The translations under genes were made by a program, and so were the position numbers. The notes under the pieces were generated by a model. That model did not search any database, was not told the origin of the DNA, and saw only the letters and a program-made list of their open reading frames with translations. 64,000 nucleotides of DNA from an uncultured Gammaproteobacteria bacterium (GTDB lineage Bacteria; Patescibacteriota; Microgenomatia; Levybacterales; GWA1-39-11). Numbering within the stretch: position 1 is the stretch's first letter; every line of letters begins with the position of its first letter. The stretch is from assembly GCA_964450885.1 (NCBI GenBank), contig CAYVFE010000002.1, positions 15,192 to 79,191 of the forward strand. The letters are read 5' to 3'. Positions 19,277 through 29,002 of the stretch are shown here, piece by piece.

Positions 19277-19618
19277 TTATTTTTTGACTACCTTTTTAAC
19301 AGCCTTTGCTTTTGGCTTCGCTTTGACCTTTGTCTTGGTCGCAGCTTTTTTAGCACTTTTTTTAGTACCTCTTTTAACGTCGTTTGATGCTTTTTTCGCC
19401 TGAGCTTTTACTTCTGATAACAACTTTGATCCCTCTCTTTTTGCATCATTAAGGATTTTTTCAGCCTTCTTCCTGTTTTTTTTGTTGGAAAGAGCTGCAG
19501 CGGCCGCTCCAGCTAGAACAGCAGCTCCTGCAACACCCGCAGCTATCGCTGCTTTACCAGCAGTATTGTTTTTCTTTTTTCCTAGTTTCATAATTACACC
19601 TCCTTTCCTTTTATTCAC
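19277..19618 (-). CDS. YtxH-like small membrane-anchored protein with a histone-H1-like Lys-rich C-terminal tail
   Basis: N-terminus KKKNNTAGKAAIAAGVAGAAVLAGAAAAALSNKKNRKKAEK parallels 16136..16441. C-terminal KKSAKKAATKTKVKAKPKAKAVKKVVKK. SD GGAAAGGAGGTG upstream. Confidence 0.45.
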   Translation of the reverse strand: MNKRKGGVIMKLGKKKNNTAGKAAIAAGVAGAAVLAGAAAAALSNKKNRKKAEKILNDAKREGSKLLSEVKAQAKKASNDVKRGTKKSAKKAATKTKVKAKPKAKAVKKVVKK

Positions 19619-19622
19619 TTAA

Positions 19623-20093
19623 TTAAACAAGTAGCTTTTTTATCTCATCACGATTTTTGGCTAGAAAGTATTTAGTAGAATCATTTAGTGTTAGCTTTTC
19701 TGTTTCTTTTAATTTAAAAAATTCCAGTCTCTGCCTAGAGCGTCTGTCTATCTGATTTACATCATCATCGGTAAGTCTTACAGAGTAGAACCTGTCCATA
19801 ATTTTATCCTGGGAATTAGACAGAATGGGTTTGATATTTTTGAGGGTAAGATTAGTAGTATGTTTTATGATCCTATATATTGCGTCTTCAGAAGTTTCTT
19901 TTGGTAACTGTCTATTCCCCACAAAAGACCACACGTTTTGAGTAATATCATCTATATCTATATCATGGGAAAAAAGTAGGAGTTTACCTTTATAGGCAAG
20001 AATTACATAATTTGAGGAACCCATAATTAGTACATAATTATAACACTTTTTACTCGTGGGAATCCTAGCATCGTGCAAAAACTTTACAAACAA
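19623..20093 (-). CDS. Hypothetical protein
   Basis: 156 aa ORF, no recognisable motif. Start uncertain. Confidence 0.3.
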   Translation of the reverse strand: MFVKFLHDARIPTSKKCYNYVLIMGSSNYVILAYKGKLLLFSHDIDIDDITQNVWSFVGNRQLPKETSEDAIYRIIKHTTNLTLKNIKPILSNSQDKIMDRFYSVRLTDDDVNQIDRRSRQRLEFFKLKETEKLTLNDSTKYFLAKNRDEIKKLLV

Positions 20094-20124
20094 TATCTAT
20101 CCAATCCCTGCTATAATATAGGAT

Positions 20125-21096
20125 ATGGCGTTAATTGATGACATAATTATTAAAGTGAAGGCGGGAAGAGGGGGAAATGGCGGCAGGTCGCATAAGGTCT
20201 ATTATGGTAGTACAAAAACTCATCCTGATGGGGGAAATGGCGGTCGTGGGGGAAATGTCTTCTTTGAAGGAACAACGAATTTAAATGATCTTAGCGAATT
20301 CCGATTCAAAAAGGAAATAAAAGCAGGGGATGGAGAAAAGGGAATGAATAAGGACCTGGATGGAAAATATGGAGAAGATGTCACGGTACTTGTCCCCCTT
20401 GGAACAACTATCATAGATATGGATACCCAAGAGACTGTAGAGATTTTGGAAGAAAATTTGCCGATAAAAATAGCTCGTGGCGGACGTGGAGGGATAGGGA
20501 ACCATGATCAAAAGATCGTTCCTGGACGGATAACGCGTACGACTATTGAAGGGCGACCGGGCGAGCAAAAAGAACTTCATCTAATTTTGAATCTGATAGC
20601 AGACGTGGGCTTGGTAGGCCTCCCAAATGCAGGCAAGAGTTCGCTTCTTACATCGCTTACGAAAGCTACTCCGAAAATAGGAAATTACCCGTTTACGACC
20701 CTTGAACCAAATCTGGGAACTATGGACGAAAATAAAAAGAGAGTAGTTATCGCTGATATTCCTGGTCTGGTCGAGGGCGCGTCAATGGGTAAGGGTCTGG
20801 GGATACAATTTTTGAAACATATCCAAAAAACAAAGGTTCTACTTCATATGATAGACATAACAACTCCGGATCTTATGAACACCTACCAGACGATCCGAAA
20901 AGAGTTCGAAGATTATGATCCGTCTTTGCTTTCAAAAAAAGAGATAATCCTTTTGACCAAAATCGACCTAACAGACAAAGACTATATCGAAAAAGCAATT
21001 AAAAAGCTTGAGAAAACGAAAAAGGAAATACTTACGGTCTCGATCTATGATGAGAAAAGCCTTAATGAATTAAAGGACTTTTTGTCGAGAATATAA
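20125..21096 (+). CDS. obg: GTPase Obg/CgtA
   Basis: Gly-rich Obg fold repeats (GGNGG) at the N-terminus and G1 motif GLVGLPNAGKSS. 323 aa (no C-terminal TGS/OCT extension). Confidence 0.9.
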   Translation: MALIDDIIIKVKAGRGGNGGRSHKVYYGSTKTHPDGGNGGRGGNVFFEGTTNLNDLSEFRFKKEIKAGDGEKGMNKDLDGKYGEDVTVLVPLGTTIIDMDTQETVEILEENLPIKIARGGRGGIGNHDQKIVPGRITRTTIEGRPGEQKELHLILNLIADVGLVGLPNAGKSSLLTSLTKATPKIGNYPFTTLEPNLGTMDENKKRVVIADIPGLVEGASMGKGLGIQFLKHIQKTKVLLHMIDITTPDLMNTYQTIRKEFEDYDPSLLSKKEIILLTKIDLTDKDYIEKAIKKLEKTKKEILTVSIYDEKSLNELKDFLSRI

Positions 21097-21368
21097 TGGA
21101 AACAAATTCTCCCACATTCTACGTCTACATGCTTAAATGTGCTGACGGAACTTTTTACATAGGCCAAACAAACAATCTAGAAAAAAGACTGAGGGCGCAC
21201 AATGGAACACTTAAGGGTGGAGCAAAATACACAAAATACAGATCCCCGGTAACGATTGTTTACTCTGAAAAGAGCATTTCTAAGTCTGCCGCGCTGCGCA
21301 GAGAGCTTGCACTTAAAAAACTGACAAGAAAACAAAAAGAAAGCCTGATAAATAGTGTTTCAAAATGA
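21096..21368 (+). CDS. GIY-YIG nuclease-domain protein
   Basis: YVYMLKCADGTFYIGQTNNLEKRLRAHN matches GIY-YIG. Start ATG overlaps the obg stop (TAATG). Confidence 0.7.
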   Translation: METNSPTFYVYMLKCADGTFYIGQTNNLEKRLRAHNGTLKGGAKYTKYRSPVTIVYSEKSISKSAALRRELALKKLTRKQKESLINSVSK

Positions 21369-21423
21369 CGAATAGCCTTAGTTGCTTTACTTCGGGTATT
21401 TTCGTACTATACTAGTAGTTATT

Positions 21424-21768
21424 ATGGACAAAAAAATCAAAAGAGAGAAAATGACAACTCCGTTCGGAAAATACTTTAGGGAGCTCGAACAGATCGATTC
21501 TGAGTTAAAGGAATCGAGAGAATACGGTTCTATCCTCATCCTGTCGCTAGTAGAGGAAATCGGGGAAATGGCCAGAGCATACCTGGCTGAACACGGTAGA
21601 AAAAAAACCAACCTGGCTGCTCAGCAGGATGAGACCTACGAACAGGAGCTTGGAGATATTTTGGTTACAATCATAAGATTCGCCCGTATAAAAAATATCG
21701 ATCTCGATAAAAGAATTGCCTATACACTTGGGAAAATAAAGAAAAGAAAAACTCAACCAAAACTTTAA
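21424..21768 (+). CDS. MazG-like nucleotide pyrophosphohydrolase (small, single-domain)
   Basis: EEIGEMARAY...ELGDILVTIIRFA resembles the MazG EExxE/D metal-binding helices. Start trimmed to the internal Met (MDKKIK). Confidence 0.5.
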   Translation: MDKKIKREKMTTPFGKYFRELEQIDSELKESREYGSILILSLVEEIGEMARAYLAEHGRKKTNLAAQQDETYEQELGDILVTIIRFARIKNIDLDKRIAYTLGKIKKRKTQPKL

Positions 21769-21967
21769 TTGTTCTCCAGAAGAAATTTGATCTGCTCAGA
21801 CTGAGCTCTATTTTGGGTGATTATCCTTTTAAACACATAAGCATTGAATATTGAAGAGAGAATTATTGCTATTAAAAACCCTATAATAACCCCCACAAGT
21901 AGGTCTCTTCCATTAATTTTTTGCTTTTTAGCTTTCACTCTAGTTATAGGTTAATGATATTTACCAG

Positions 21968-22432
21968 CTAAGTCAAATGCGGCACATGGCTATACTTTTT
22001 AAATAAAGATTTATACTTTTTCATGGATATACTTGCACCGGTATGAAATGGTTTTGGAAATTTTCCAAGTGGAAATACTCCAAGCTCACTAAACTTATGA
22101 GGTTCCATAATCTTTACTTTCGAAGTGTCAACTAAAATGAAAAAGGGGATTGCTACCCAATGTGTTGTTATATCATCAAATGTCCTTATTATGGAATGTG
22201 CAGGCACTTGCTCTTGAATCTTGCCTTTTACTCCATATTCCTCATAAAGCTCCCGCAAGACTCCTTTTTCGATATCCTCCCCGAAATCGAGCTGTCCCGC
22301 TCCAAAATCCCACATGCCTTTTTCATCGCGTGCATTTTGAGTCCTTTTATGCAGGACAAAATTACCTTTTCCATCATTGCAATAGAACGGAGTAGATATG
22401 CCTATATAGTCGATTCCAGGGGTAAGATTCAC
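21968..22432 (-). CDS. NUDIX hydrolase
   Basis: Nudix box GAGQLDFGEDIEKGVLRELYEEYGV (Gx5Ex7REUxEExGU). Confidence 0.65.
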   Translation of the reverse strand: MNLTPGIDYIGISTPFYCNDGKGNFVLHKRTQNARDEKGMWDFGAGQLDFGEDIEKGVLRELYEEYGVKGKIQEQVPAHSIIRTFDDITTHWVAIPFFILVDTSKVKIMEPHKFSELGVFPLGKFPKPFHTGASISMKKYKSLFKKYSHVPHLT

Positions 22433-22449
22433 GAAACTAGTATAGCAGA

Positions 22450-23868
22450 TTAGTTGTTAATTCCTTCTTCTATAATCGATTCTTTTATGACTTTATCCTC
22501 AAGTGGAGTAGTTACGAGAGAGTGTTTACTTTTCCAACTTCCACTCTTGAACCAAAGAATCGTAACTATTGCCATAATGATATTTGCTACAGGAAATGCT
22601 ATCCAGACACCAAATTCATTAAATCCAGATGTGTGGGAAAGAATATAAGCTATGGGAAATTGAAGAACCCACACACTAATTACCGTCAGGATCATAGATG
22701 CGAACGTATTTCCGGAACCTTGAAAAGCTCCCGCAAGCGATAGCTGCATTCCTATAAATCCGAATGTTAAGGCCATCACCTTCACAAAAGTTACACTACC
22801 TTCAAGAGCGTGGGGATCTCCAGTTATGAAAACTGAGGCAATATTCTCAGCGAAGACGAATGCAAGAACCCCAATTATCGTTAGCGAAACAAAACCTATA
22901 ATTGCACTTAAATTTGCTGTTTGTTCAGCCCGTCTTAACTTCCCTGCCCCTATATTTTGTGCCACTATTGTAGATGTCGCCATAGAAAGTCCTATCGCAG
23001 GTATTATGACAAAACTCAAAATTCTCGTTCCGATCCCATAAGAAGCTATCACTGATGTTCCAAATCCCGCGACCAGTATGGTCATCACCGTAAATCCTAG
23101 CGCTCTCATCGACTGCTCGATGGAAGCAGGCAGTCCCAATTTAAACATCTTCATAATAAGTTCTTTATCTGGCTTAAACTCATTTAGCTTTAGGTGTATG
23201 CCATACTTGCCGCTAAAAAGAATAAAAAGACCGATAATCGTTGCTATAGCTTGTGTCAAGACTGTGGCTCCTGCCGCACCCGCAACCCCAAAACCAGGAA
23301 TAGGTCCATAGCCAAATATAAATAACGGATCCAAAATTGAATTAAGTATAACTGTCCCAAGTACTATATAGATGGGCGTTTTGACATCACCGACTCCACG
23401 AAGCAGAGCTTGAAAAGCAAAAAATCCGAATACAAAAATAAGACCTATAAAAGATACTTGAAGATAATTTGTAGCAAGAGGTAATACATTTGCATCGGCT
23501 CCCATAAACTTCATCAATGGACCAGATATAGATATCCCTATGATTGTGAGAGGAATAACAATAGCTAAAATCATGAGCAAGGTTTGGCCTGCTATGTGAT
23601 TTGCTCTTTTGATTTCTTTCGCACCTATCGACTGGGCGACCATTATACTTCCGGCGATCGTCAAACCGCCGCCCACCGCAAACATCAGAAATATTATTGG
23701 AAATGAAAGAGAAACGGCAGCAACAGCTTGGGCACCAAGTCTTCCCACCCAAAAAGTGTCTACAAGTTGGTACGCACTTTGAAGAATATTTGAAAAAACT
23801 ACAGGAATGGAAAGCGCGATAAGCGCTTTAAAGATAGAACCGTCTGTAAAGGTCTTTGCTTTTTGCAT
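22450..23868 (-). CDS. MATE-family multidrug/oligosaccharidyl-lipid efflux transporter
   Basis: 472 aa, 12 TM, duplicated MATE halves. Confidence 0.8.
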   Translation of the reverse strand: MQKAKTFTDGSIFKALIALSIPVVFSNILQSAYQLVDTFWVGRLGAQAVAAVSLSFPIIFLMFAVGGGLTIAGSIMVAQSIGAKEIKRANHIAGQTLLMILAIVIPLTIIGISISGPLMKFMGADANVLPLATNYLQVSFIGLIFVFGFFAFQALLRGVGDVKTPIYIVLGTVILNSILDPLFIFGYGPIPGFGVAGAAGATVLTQAIATIIGLFILFSGKYGIHLKLNEFKPDKELIMKMFKLGLPASIEQSMRALGFTVMTILVAGFGTSVIASYGIGTRILSFVIIPAIGLSMATSTIVAQNIGAGKLRRAEQTANLSAIIGFVSLTIIGVLAFVFAENIASVFITGDPHALEGSVTFVKVMALTFGFIGMQLSLAGAFQGSGNTFASMILTVISVWVLQFPIAYILSHTSGFNEFGVWIAFPVANIIMAIVTILWFKSGSWKSKHSLVTTPLEDKVIKESIIEEGINN

Positions 23869-24055
23869 AGATTAGACTTGAGTTAACCACAACTTTTCCT
23901 GGGAATGCCTGCTAGAATTCTTTCAGAAGAGATTTATTATAACAAATTCTGCTCCCGGACTTGGATTTCCCACATGGGGACTAGCTATTTCCCTCAGGAG
24001 GACTACCTATTTTATAGGGTCGCATAGCGTCGCTTCTCATCCAGCCCAAGCTTTG

Positions 24056-24126
24056 CTTCGGGACTTGGATTCGAACCAAGATAAACAGCTCCAAAGGCTG
24101 TTGTCCTACCATTAGACGATCCCGAA
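24056..24126 (-). tRNA. tRNA-Gln (anticodon TTG)
   Basis: Reverse complement TTCGGGATCGTCTAATGGTAGGACAACAGCCTTTGGAGCTGTT...TTGGTTCGAATCCAAGTCCCGAAG. Anticodon loop CTTTGGA. Confidence 0.7.
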
Positions 24127-24188
24127 TTATCAGTTAATTATAATCTAAAGGGTAGTCAGCTTCAAGAAAGCAATGTTATAATATTTTT

Positions 24189-25901
24189 ATGCCGAAAAGA
24201 AAAGTTTCCCCGGAAGAACTCGACGAAATACTCATAGAAAAGAATATCGAAGACAACCTTTGGTACAAAGATGCTGTTTTCTATGAGCTTCATGTCAGAA
24301 CTTTTTTCGACAGTAACGGAGATGGCGTTGGAGATTTTAAGGGTCTGACTTCAAAACTGGACTATATCCAAAGTCTGGGAGTGGACTGCATCTGGCTTTT
24401 GCCTTTTTTTCCCTCTCCCTTGCGCGATGATGGATACGACGTATCTGACTTTTATAATGTCCATCCTGATATAGGGACACTTGAAGACTTCAAGCAATTC
24501 ACCGAAGAAGCACACAATAGAGGACTGAGGGTGATATCTGATATGGTATTCAATCATGTCTCAAACGACCACGAATGGTTTCAGCAGGCTCGCTCAGACC
24601 CCAATAACCCCAAGAGAGACTGGTTTGTTTGGGCTGACGATGACAAGAAATATAAGGATGTAAGAATAATATTCACAGACACTGAGACCTCCAACTGGAC
24701 ATGGGACCCCGTCGCAAAGCAATATTTCTGGCATAGATTCTTTAGAAACCAGCCTGATCTAAATTATGACAATCCTGAGGTAAGAAACGAGATAAAAAAC
24801 GTGATCAGCTATTGGATGGATTTAGGACTAGATGGAATGCGGTGCGATGCCGTTCCATATCTATTCGAAAGGGAAGGAACCTCTGGAGAAAATCTACCTG
24901 AAACTCATGAATTTTTTAAAGACGTAAGGCGGATGATGGATGAAAAATATCCTGGCAAGATACTTCTTGCAGAAGCGAACCAGCTCCCTGACGAAACCAT
25001 TCCCTACTTTGGCACAAATGAAGAGAACGAATTCCACATGGCGTTTAACTTTCCACTGATGCCGCGCATTTTTATAGCTCTTGCAAGAAAAGACAGAAGC
25101 GCTATAGTCGACATACTGGAACAGACTAAAAATATTCCCAAAAAAGCTCAGTGGGCAACATTTTTGCGTAACCATGATGAATTAACACTTGAGATGGTGA
25201 CTGACGAAGAGCGGGATCTGATGTATCTGGAATACGCAAAACATCCCAAGATGAGGATAAATCTGGGGATACGCCGTAGACTGGCACCGCTTGTCGACAA
25301 CGACAGGCTCACCATGGAGATGCTTACGGCTATGCTTCTTACTTTTCCGGGCAGCCCCGTCATATATTATGGTGACGAACTCGGAATGGGAGACAACCTC
25401 TTTCTGGGAGATAGAAATGGCGTAAGAACCCCTATGCAATGGAGCAGTGACCTAAATGCAGGATTTTCGATTGCTGATCCCGAGCACTGTTACCTGCCGC
25501 CTATCACTAACCCTGCTTATCATTATGAAACCTTAAATATCAGGACGGAGGAAAAGATGCCTTATTCATTCCTGAACTGGGTAAAAGCCAGACTTTCTGT
25601 CAGACGCAAGACAAAAGCCTTTGGGCGGGGAACTTTCGAGATCCTCGAACCTGAGAATAAGAAGATCTTTGCATTCATAAGAGAGTACAAAGATGATACA
25701 GTCCTTTGTATCTATAACCTCTCGAGACGTCCCCAGTATTGTGAACTTGATTTATCCAGATATAAAGGACTTTATCTATTCGAACTAAATGGAGAAGTAC
25801 AATTCCCGAAAATTACAGATGATAAAAACGTATTCACCATGACAGGTCACAGATTTTTCTGGTTTCATATCTCCAAGGAAGAAATCGAAAGTGAATTTTA
25901 G
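24189..25901 (+). CDS. treS: GH13 alpha-amylase-family enzyme, trehalose synthase/maltose alpha-D-glucosyltransferase-like
   Basis: N-terminal [65 protein letters not shown] is near-canonical TreS. GH13 regions with catalytic Asp (GMRCDAV) and Glu (LLAEANQ) present. 570 aa. Confidence 0.75.
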   Translation: MPKRKVSPEELDEILIEKNIEDNLWYKDAVFYELHVRTFFDSNGDGVGDFKGLTSKLDYIQSLGVDCIWLLPFFPSPLRDDGYDVSDFYNVHPDIGTLEDFKQFTEEAHNRGLRVISDMVFNHVSNDHEWFQQARSDPNNPKRDWFVWADDDKKYKDVRIIFTDTETSNWTWDPVAKQYFWHRFFRNQPDLNYDNPEVRNEIKNVISYWMDLGLDGMRCDAVPYLFEREGTSGENLPETHEFFKDVRRMMDEKYPGKILLAEANQLPDETIPYFGTNEENEFHMAFNFPLMPRIFIALARKDRSAIVDILEQTKNIPKKAQWATFLRNHDELTLEMVTDEERDLMYLEYAKHPKMRINLGIRRRLAPLVDNDRLTMEMLTAMLLTFPGSPVIYYGDELGMGDNLFLGDRNGVRTPMQWSSDLNAGFSIADPEHCYLPPITNPAYHYETLNIRTEEKMPYSFLNWVKARLSVRRKTKAFGRGTFEILEPENKKIFAFIREYKDDTVLCIYNLSRRPQYCELDLSRYKGLYLFELNGEVQFPKITDDKNVFTMTGHRFFWFHISKEEIESEF

Positions 25902-25902
25902 G

Positions 25903-27012
25903 TTATAAACTCTCCAGTGCCTCAACCGAGGGCTTGTAATTATGCTTGTAGAGCAGAGCAGTCTCAAATTCTTGTCTTGCCAAATCTAAATTGCCCTGTT
26001 TCTGATATATCAAGCCTCTGAGATGATAAAGCTCGGAAAACGCGCGGTTTTGATTGTTGAGTATGTTTGTGGTCAAGTTGAATACACGATCGTAATTTCC
26101 TGCTTCGTAATAACTTCGAATCGGTTCTATTTGATACCACAGAGTACGGAAAGAGAGCCTATTTTCAACTTTTTCAAATTCATCTATAGATTTCTCATAT
26201 TCATCTAGGTAATAGTAGATTCGTGATTTTGCGAATGTCAGATGCCAGTTGTCTGGATCCTGCAAAATTTCATCTTCGATTCTGGTCAGCGCATTCTGCC
26301 ACGCGGTTTTTTCATTCAGCTCCTCACCCAAGATCTGCTCCACAAGTTCCTTCTTTTCCTCATCCACTATGACTAGATATTCATAGTTAAAGGGTCTCCA
26401 GATATCGTCGAAATCGCTGTATGTGTAGGTCAAGTTCTTACCCTGAAGGGAATCGTCCTGGATCAATGTCTGAGTTGATCTGTCATATCCTCTTATAACC
26501 CTATAATGACCTATGTCTTCATCTGCCTTAAGCCATGTTCTGGCAACGATCGGTATGCCGCTAGATATGAACTTTTCAAGCATTTGAGGCGTACCATTTG
26601 GTCTCAAATAAGAATACAAACCATACTCTTGCGCTTGGTCTGCAACTTCTTGAAGAGTTACAGATTTATCGTCATTGTCTCCTCCTACGACCTGATAAGG
26701 CCTCAGAATATCTCCAAGTTCCTGTTGGGAAATATTCATACCCCAATAGGAAAGTGCCATGGAAAGAGTTGCAGGCCCACAATTATTGAAAGATTGAAAG
26801 ACATGGTGTCTCTGAGTAATCGTGTAGCTTTCGGGGACAGCAATAGTCGGGGTAGGAGAAAGCTTTGCTGCAGTCTCCGCTATCTTTTCCTTTATAACGC
26901 CTACCGGTGATTTCAAATCATTACTTTGCTTAGAAATTAAAAAATACACGGTCAAACCGAAAAAAATCAGCAAAAAAAGTATAATTATTGTACGCTCAAT
27001 ACGTGGATTCAT
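25903..27012 (-). CDS. Membrane-anchored C39-like (papain-fold) peptidase-domain protein with C-terminal TPR repeats
   Basis: N-terminal TM. Peptidase_C39-like Cys motif NCGPATLSMALSYWGMN with a downstream His. C-terminal TPR-like repeats. Convergent with treS. Confidence 0.5.
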   Translation of the reverse strand: MNPRIERTIIILFLLIFFGLTVYFLISKQSNDLKSPVGVIKEKIAETAAKLSPTPTIAVPESYTITQRHHVFQSFNNCGPATLSMALSYWGMNISQQELGDILRPYQVVGGDNDDKSVTLQEVADQAQEYGLYSYLRPNGTPQMLEKFISSGIPIVARTWLKADEDIGHYRVIRGYDRSTQTLIQDDSLQGKNLTYTYSDFDDIWRPFNYEYLVIVDEEKKELVEQILGEELNEKTAWQNALTRIEDEILQDPDNWHLTFAKSRIYYYLDEYEKSIDEFEKVENRLSFRTLWYQIEPIRSYYEAGNYDRVFNLTTNILNNQNRAFSELYHLRGLIYQKQGNLDLARQEFETALLYKHNYKPSVEALESL

Positions 27013-27038
27013 AGGATAAATAAGATCGCGATAAAATA

Positions 27039-27479
27039 TTACTCTCTGCTATATAGGCCGATAAGCGTAGCTTCATCAAAGATATGGGGCTTGATGGCTT
27101 CTTCGATTTCCTCCGATGTCATATCTTCCTCAAGCTCAGGCTCTCCGTCCAACGCATAAAGCTTGAATCTATATCTGTGAGTTCCTCTCGGCGGACAAGG
27201 TCCTCCCCATTGTGTATGCCCAAAATCATTCATTGCAAGAATACTTCCCTCAGGCACGCTATCTTCGTGTATGCTTTCAGTATCAGCCGGGATATTTAGC
27301 ACCACCCAATGAGTCCATGTCTTTCCTGTAGCGTCAGGATCATCAACTATCAAAGCGAGGGACTTTATATCCTCAGGAACATCCTCGAAATTGAGGGTAG
27401 GATTTATATCCTCACCATCACAAGTATATTCCGCAGGAATCATCTCATTATTTGAAAATGCTGGACTTGTTATTCTCAT
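27039..27479 (-). CDS. YbhB/YbcL-family phosphatidylethanolamine-binding protein (PEBP/RKIP-like)
   Basis: HWVVLNIP and GGPCPPRGTHRYRFKLYALD match the PEBP signature. Confidence 0.75.
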   Translation of the reverse strand: MRITSPAFSNNEMIPAEYTCDGEDINPTLNFEDVPEDIKSLALIVDDPDATGKTWTHWVVLNIPADTESIHEDSVPEGSILAMNDFGHTQWGGPCPPRGTHRYRFKLYALDGEPELEEDMTSEEIEEAIKPHIFDEATLIGLYSRE

Positions 27480-27708
27480 AATTTATTTATAGACTCTTCT
27501 TGCTGTAATATGCAAATTTGCTTGTTGCATATTCAGCTTAGATGAGTGGTACCCGACCTATAAATATGTTAAGTAGGGTAAACACTATTTACGACCTTTC
27601 AAAAATAGGGCCGAAGACTACATTGTAAGCATATTTGACTATTTGTCAAGTCTTATAGGATAGATTGTAAACTGATCAATATCTGCTAAAATATGAAGGT
27701 GCGATTTT

Positions 27709-27790
27709 GCCGAGGTGGTGAAATTGGTATACACGCAGCCTTGAGGTGGCTGTGCCGCAAGGTGTGCAGGTTCAAGTCCTGTCCTCGGCA
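27709..27790 (+). tRNA. tRNA-Leu (anticodon GAG)
   Basis: GCCGAGGTGGTGAAATTGGTA...CAGCCTTGAGGTGGCTG...GGTTCAAGTCCTGTCCTCGGCA. Long variable arm. ORF-track CDS 27746..28999 overextends across it. Confidence 0.7.
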
Positions 27791-27883
27791 CCTAGTAAAA
27801 GCTTAGGCTTAGCATTTCGGCCAGATGAAACATCAGGCCTCAATTTGACAGCCTGCATTTACTTTTTCAAAATGCTAAAGCAT

Positions 27884-27988
27884 TTTGACTGTCGTAAATT
27901 CGATAGAATTTACGAAATAAGGAGGATGAGGATAAATGTTGAAGATCCGATCTATCGGATCGAAAACGATATCCTGCATCCGACGCTT
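27884..27988 (+). repeat. tRNA-leader structured element, copy A (immediately 5' of tRNA-Val TAC)
   Basis: Hairpin CGTAAATTC/GAATTTACG, conserved core AAATAAGGAGGATGAGGATAAATGTTGAAG, hairpin ATCCGAT-ct-ATCGGAT, conserved tail CGAAAACGATATCCTGCATCCGACGC. See finding. Confidence 0.6.
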
Positions 27989-28062
27989 GGACGATTAGCT
28001 CAGCTGGCTAGAGCACCTCGTTTACACCGAGGGTGTCGGGGGTTCAAATCCCTCATCGTCCA
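27989..28062 (+). tRNA. tRNA-Val (anticodon TAC)
   Basis: GGACGATTAGCTCAGCTGGCTAGAGCACCTCGTTTACACCGAGGGTGTCGGGGGTTCAAATCCCTCATCGTCCA. Confidence 0.75.
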
Positions 28063-28066
28063 CTGG

Positions 28067-28999
28067 ATGCTTATAGTTACAGGAACAGTTGCATATGACT
28101 ACATCATGGACTTTCCTGAGAGTTTTTCGGATCATATTCTTCCAGACAGCCTTCATAAGATAAACCTTTCATTTATAGTAGATAGATTCGAAAAAAGACG
28201 TGGAGGAACCGCAGGGAATGCGTCATATTCACTAGGTTTACTTAAGATCCCGCATAAATTAGTCTCATTTGCCGGCAAAGACTTTGATGACTACGCAAAA
28301 ACCTTCAAAAAATTAAAAATCGATATCTCGAAAATCAACATCGACAAGAAAAACTATACGGCGACAGGTTTTGCTATGACTGACAAATCGGATAACCAGA
28401 TATGGGGGTATTTTTATGGGGCAGCAATTAATTCCTCGAAGACAAACCTGAGCTTTGCAGACCCGGAAAAAGACCTCGTGCTGGTAGGTCCCAGTGGTGC
28501 AAGAGGATCTATGGCTACTGTAAATGAATGCATAAAGTATAAGATCCCCTATATGCTGGACCCTGGATTCATCTTGACCGAGGTTAGTGCTTACGATCTT
28601 ACAAAAGCTGTCAAAAACTCTACCTATGTGATAGGTAATGATTATGAAATTGAGCTTATTTCAAATAGAGTCAAAGGCTGGGAAAAGATAAAGAGAAAAA
28701 AGACTGTGATAAAGACTCTTGGAAAAGACGGCGCAGAGATAGAAGAGGATGGTAAAACGATAAAAATAGAACCCTCAAAAGCAAAAAGGGCAGTAGACCC
28801 CACCGGAGCGGGTGACGCGTGGAGATCGGGGTTTCTGGCAGGGTTACACATGAATTTAGACCTCAGAACTGCAGGCAGGATGGGAGCAGTTGCAGCATCT
28901 TTTGCGGTAGAGCACTATGGAACACAAGAACATAGATATTCTATAGCAGAATTCAAAAAACGGTATAGAAAAAACTATAATGAAGTGTTAAACTTTTGA
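28067..28999 (+). CDS. PfkB-family carbohydrate/nucleoside kinase (probable adenosine kinase)
   Basis: C-terminal PfkB signature DPTGAGDAWRSGFLAG. Start trimmed to Met 28067 (MLIVTGTVAYDY), downstream of the two tRNAs. Directly followed by ahcY, suggesting adenosine salvage. Confidence 0.65.
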   Translation: MLIVTGTVAYDYIMDFPESFSDHILPDSLHKINLSFIVDRFEKRRGGTAGNASYSLGLLKIPHKLVSFAGKDFDDYAKTFKKLKIDISKINIDKKNYTATGFAMTDKSDNQIWGYFYGAAINSSKTNLSFADPEKDLVLVGPSGARGSMATVNECIKYKIPYMLDPGFILTEVSAYDLTKAVKNSTYVIGNDYEIELISNRVKGWEKIKRKKTVIKTLGKDGAEIEEDGKTIKIEPSKAKRAVDPTGAGDAWRSGFLAGLHMNLDLRTAGRMGAVAASFAVEHYGTQEHRYSIAEFKKRYRKNYNEVLNF

Positions 29000-29002
29000 C
29001 TT

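Noticed and set aside
21769-21967. Possible GTG-start small membrane ORF on the minus strand in the 200-bp gap after the MazG-like gene
   Set aside because: No ATG start and no convincing SD. Left as unannotated intergenic space.
27746-28066. N-terminal 107 codons of track ORF 27746..28999
   Set aside because: Reads straight through tRNA-Leu(GAG), the structured leader element and tRNA-Val(TAC). The PfkB domain begins at Met 28067.
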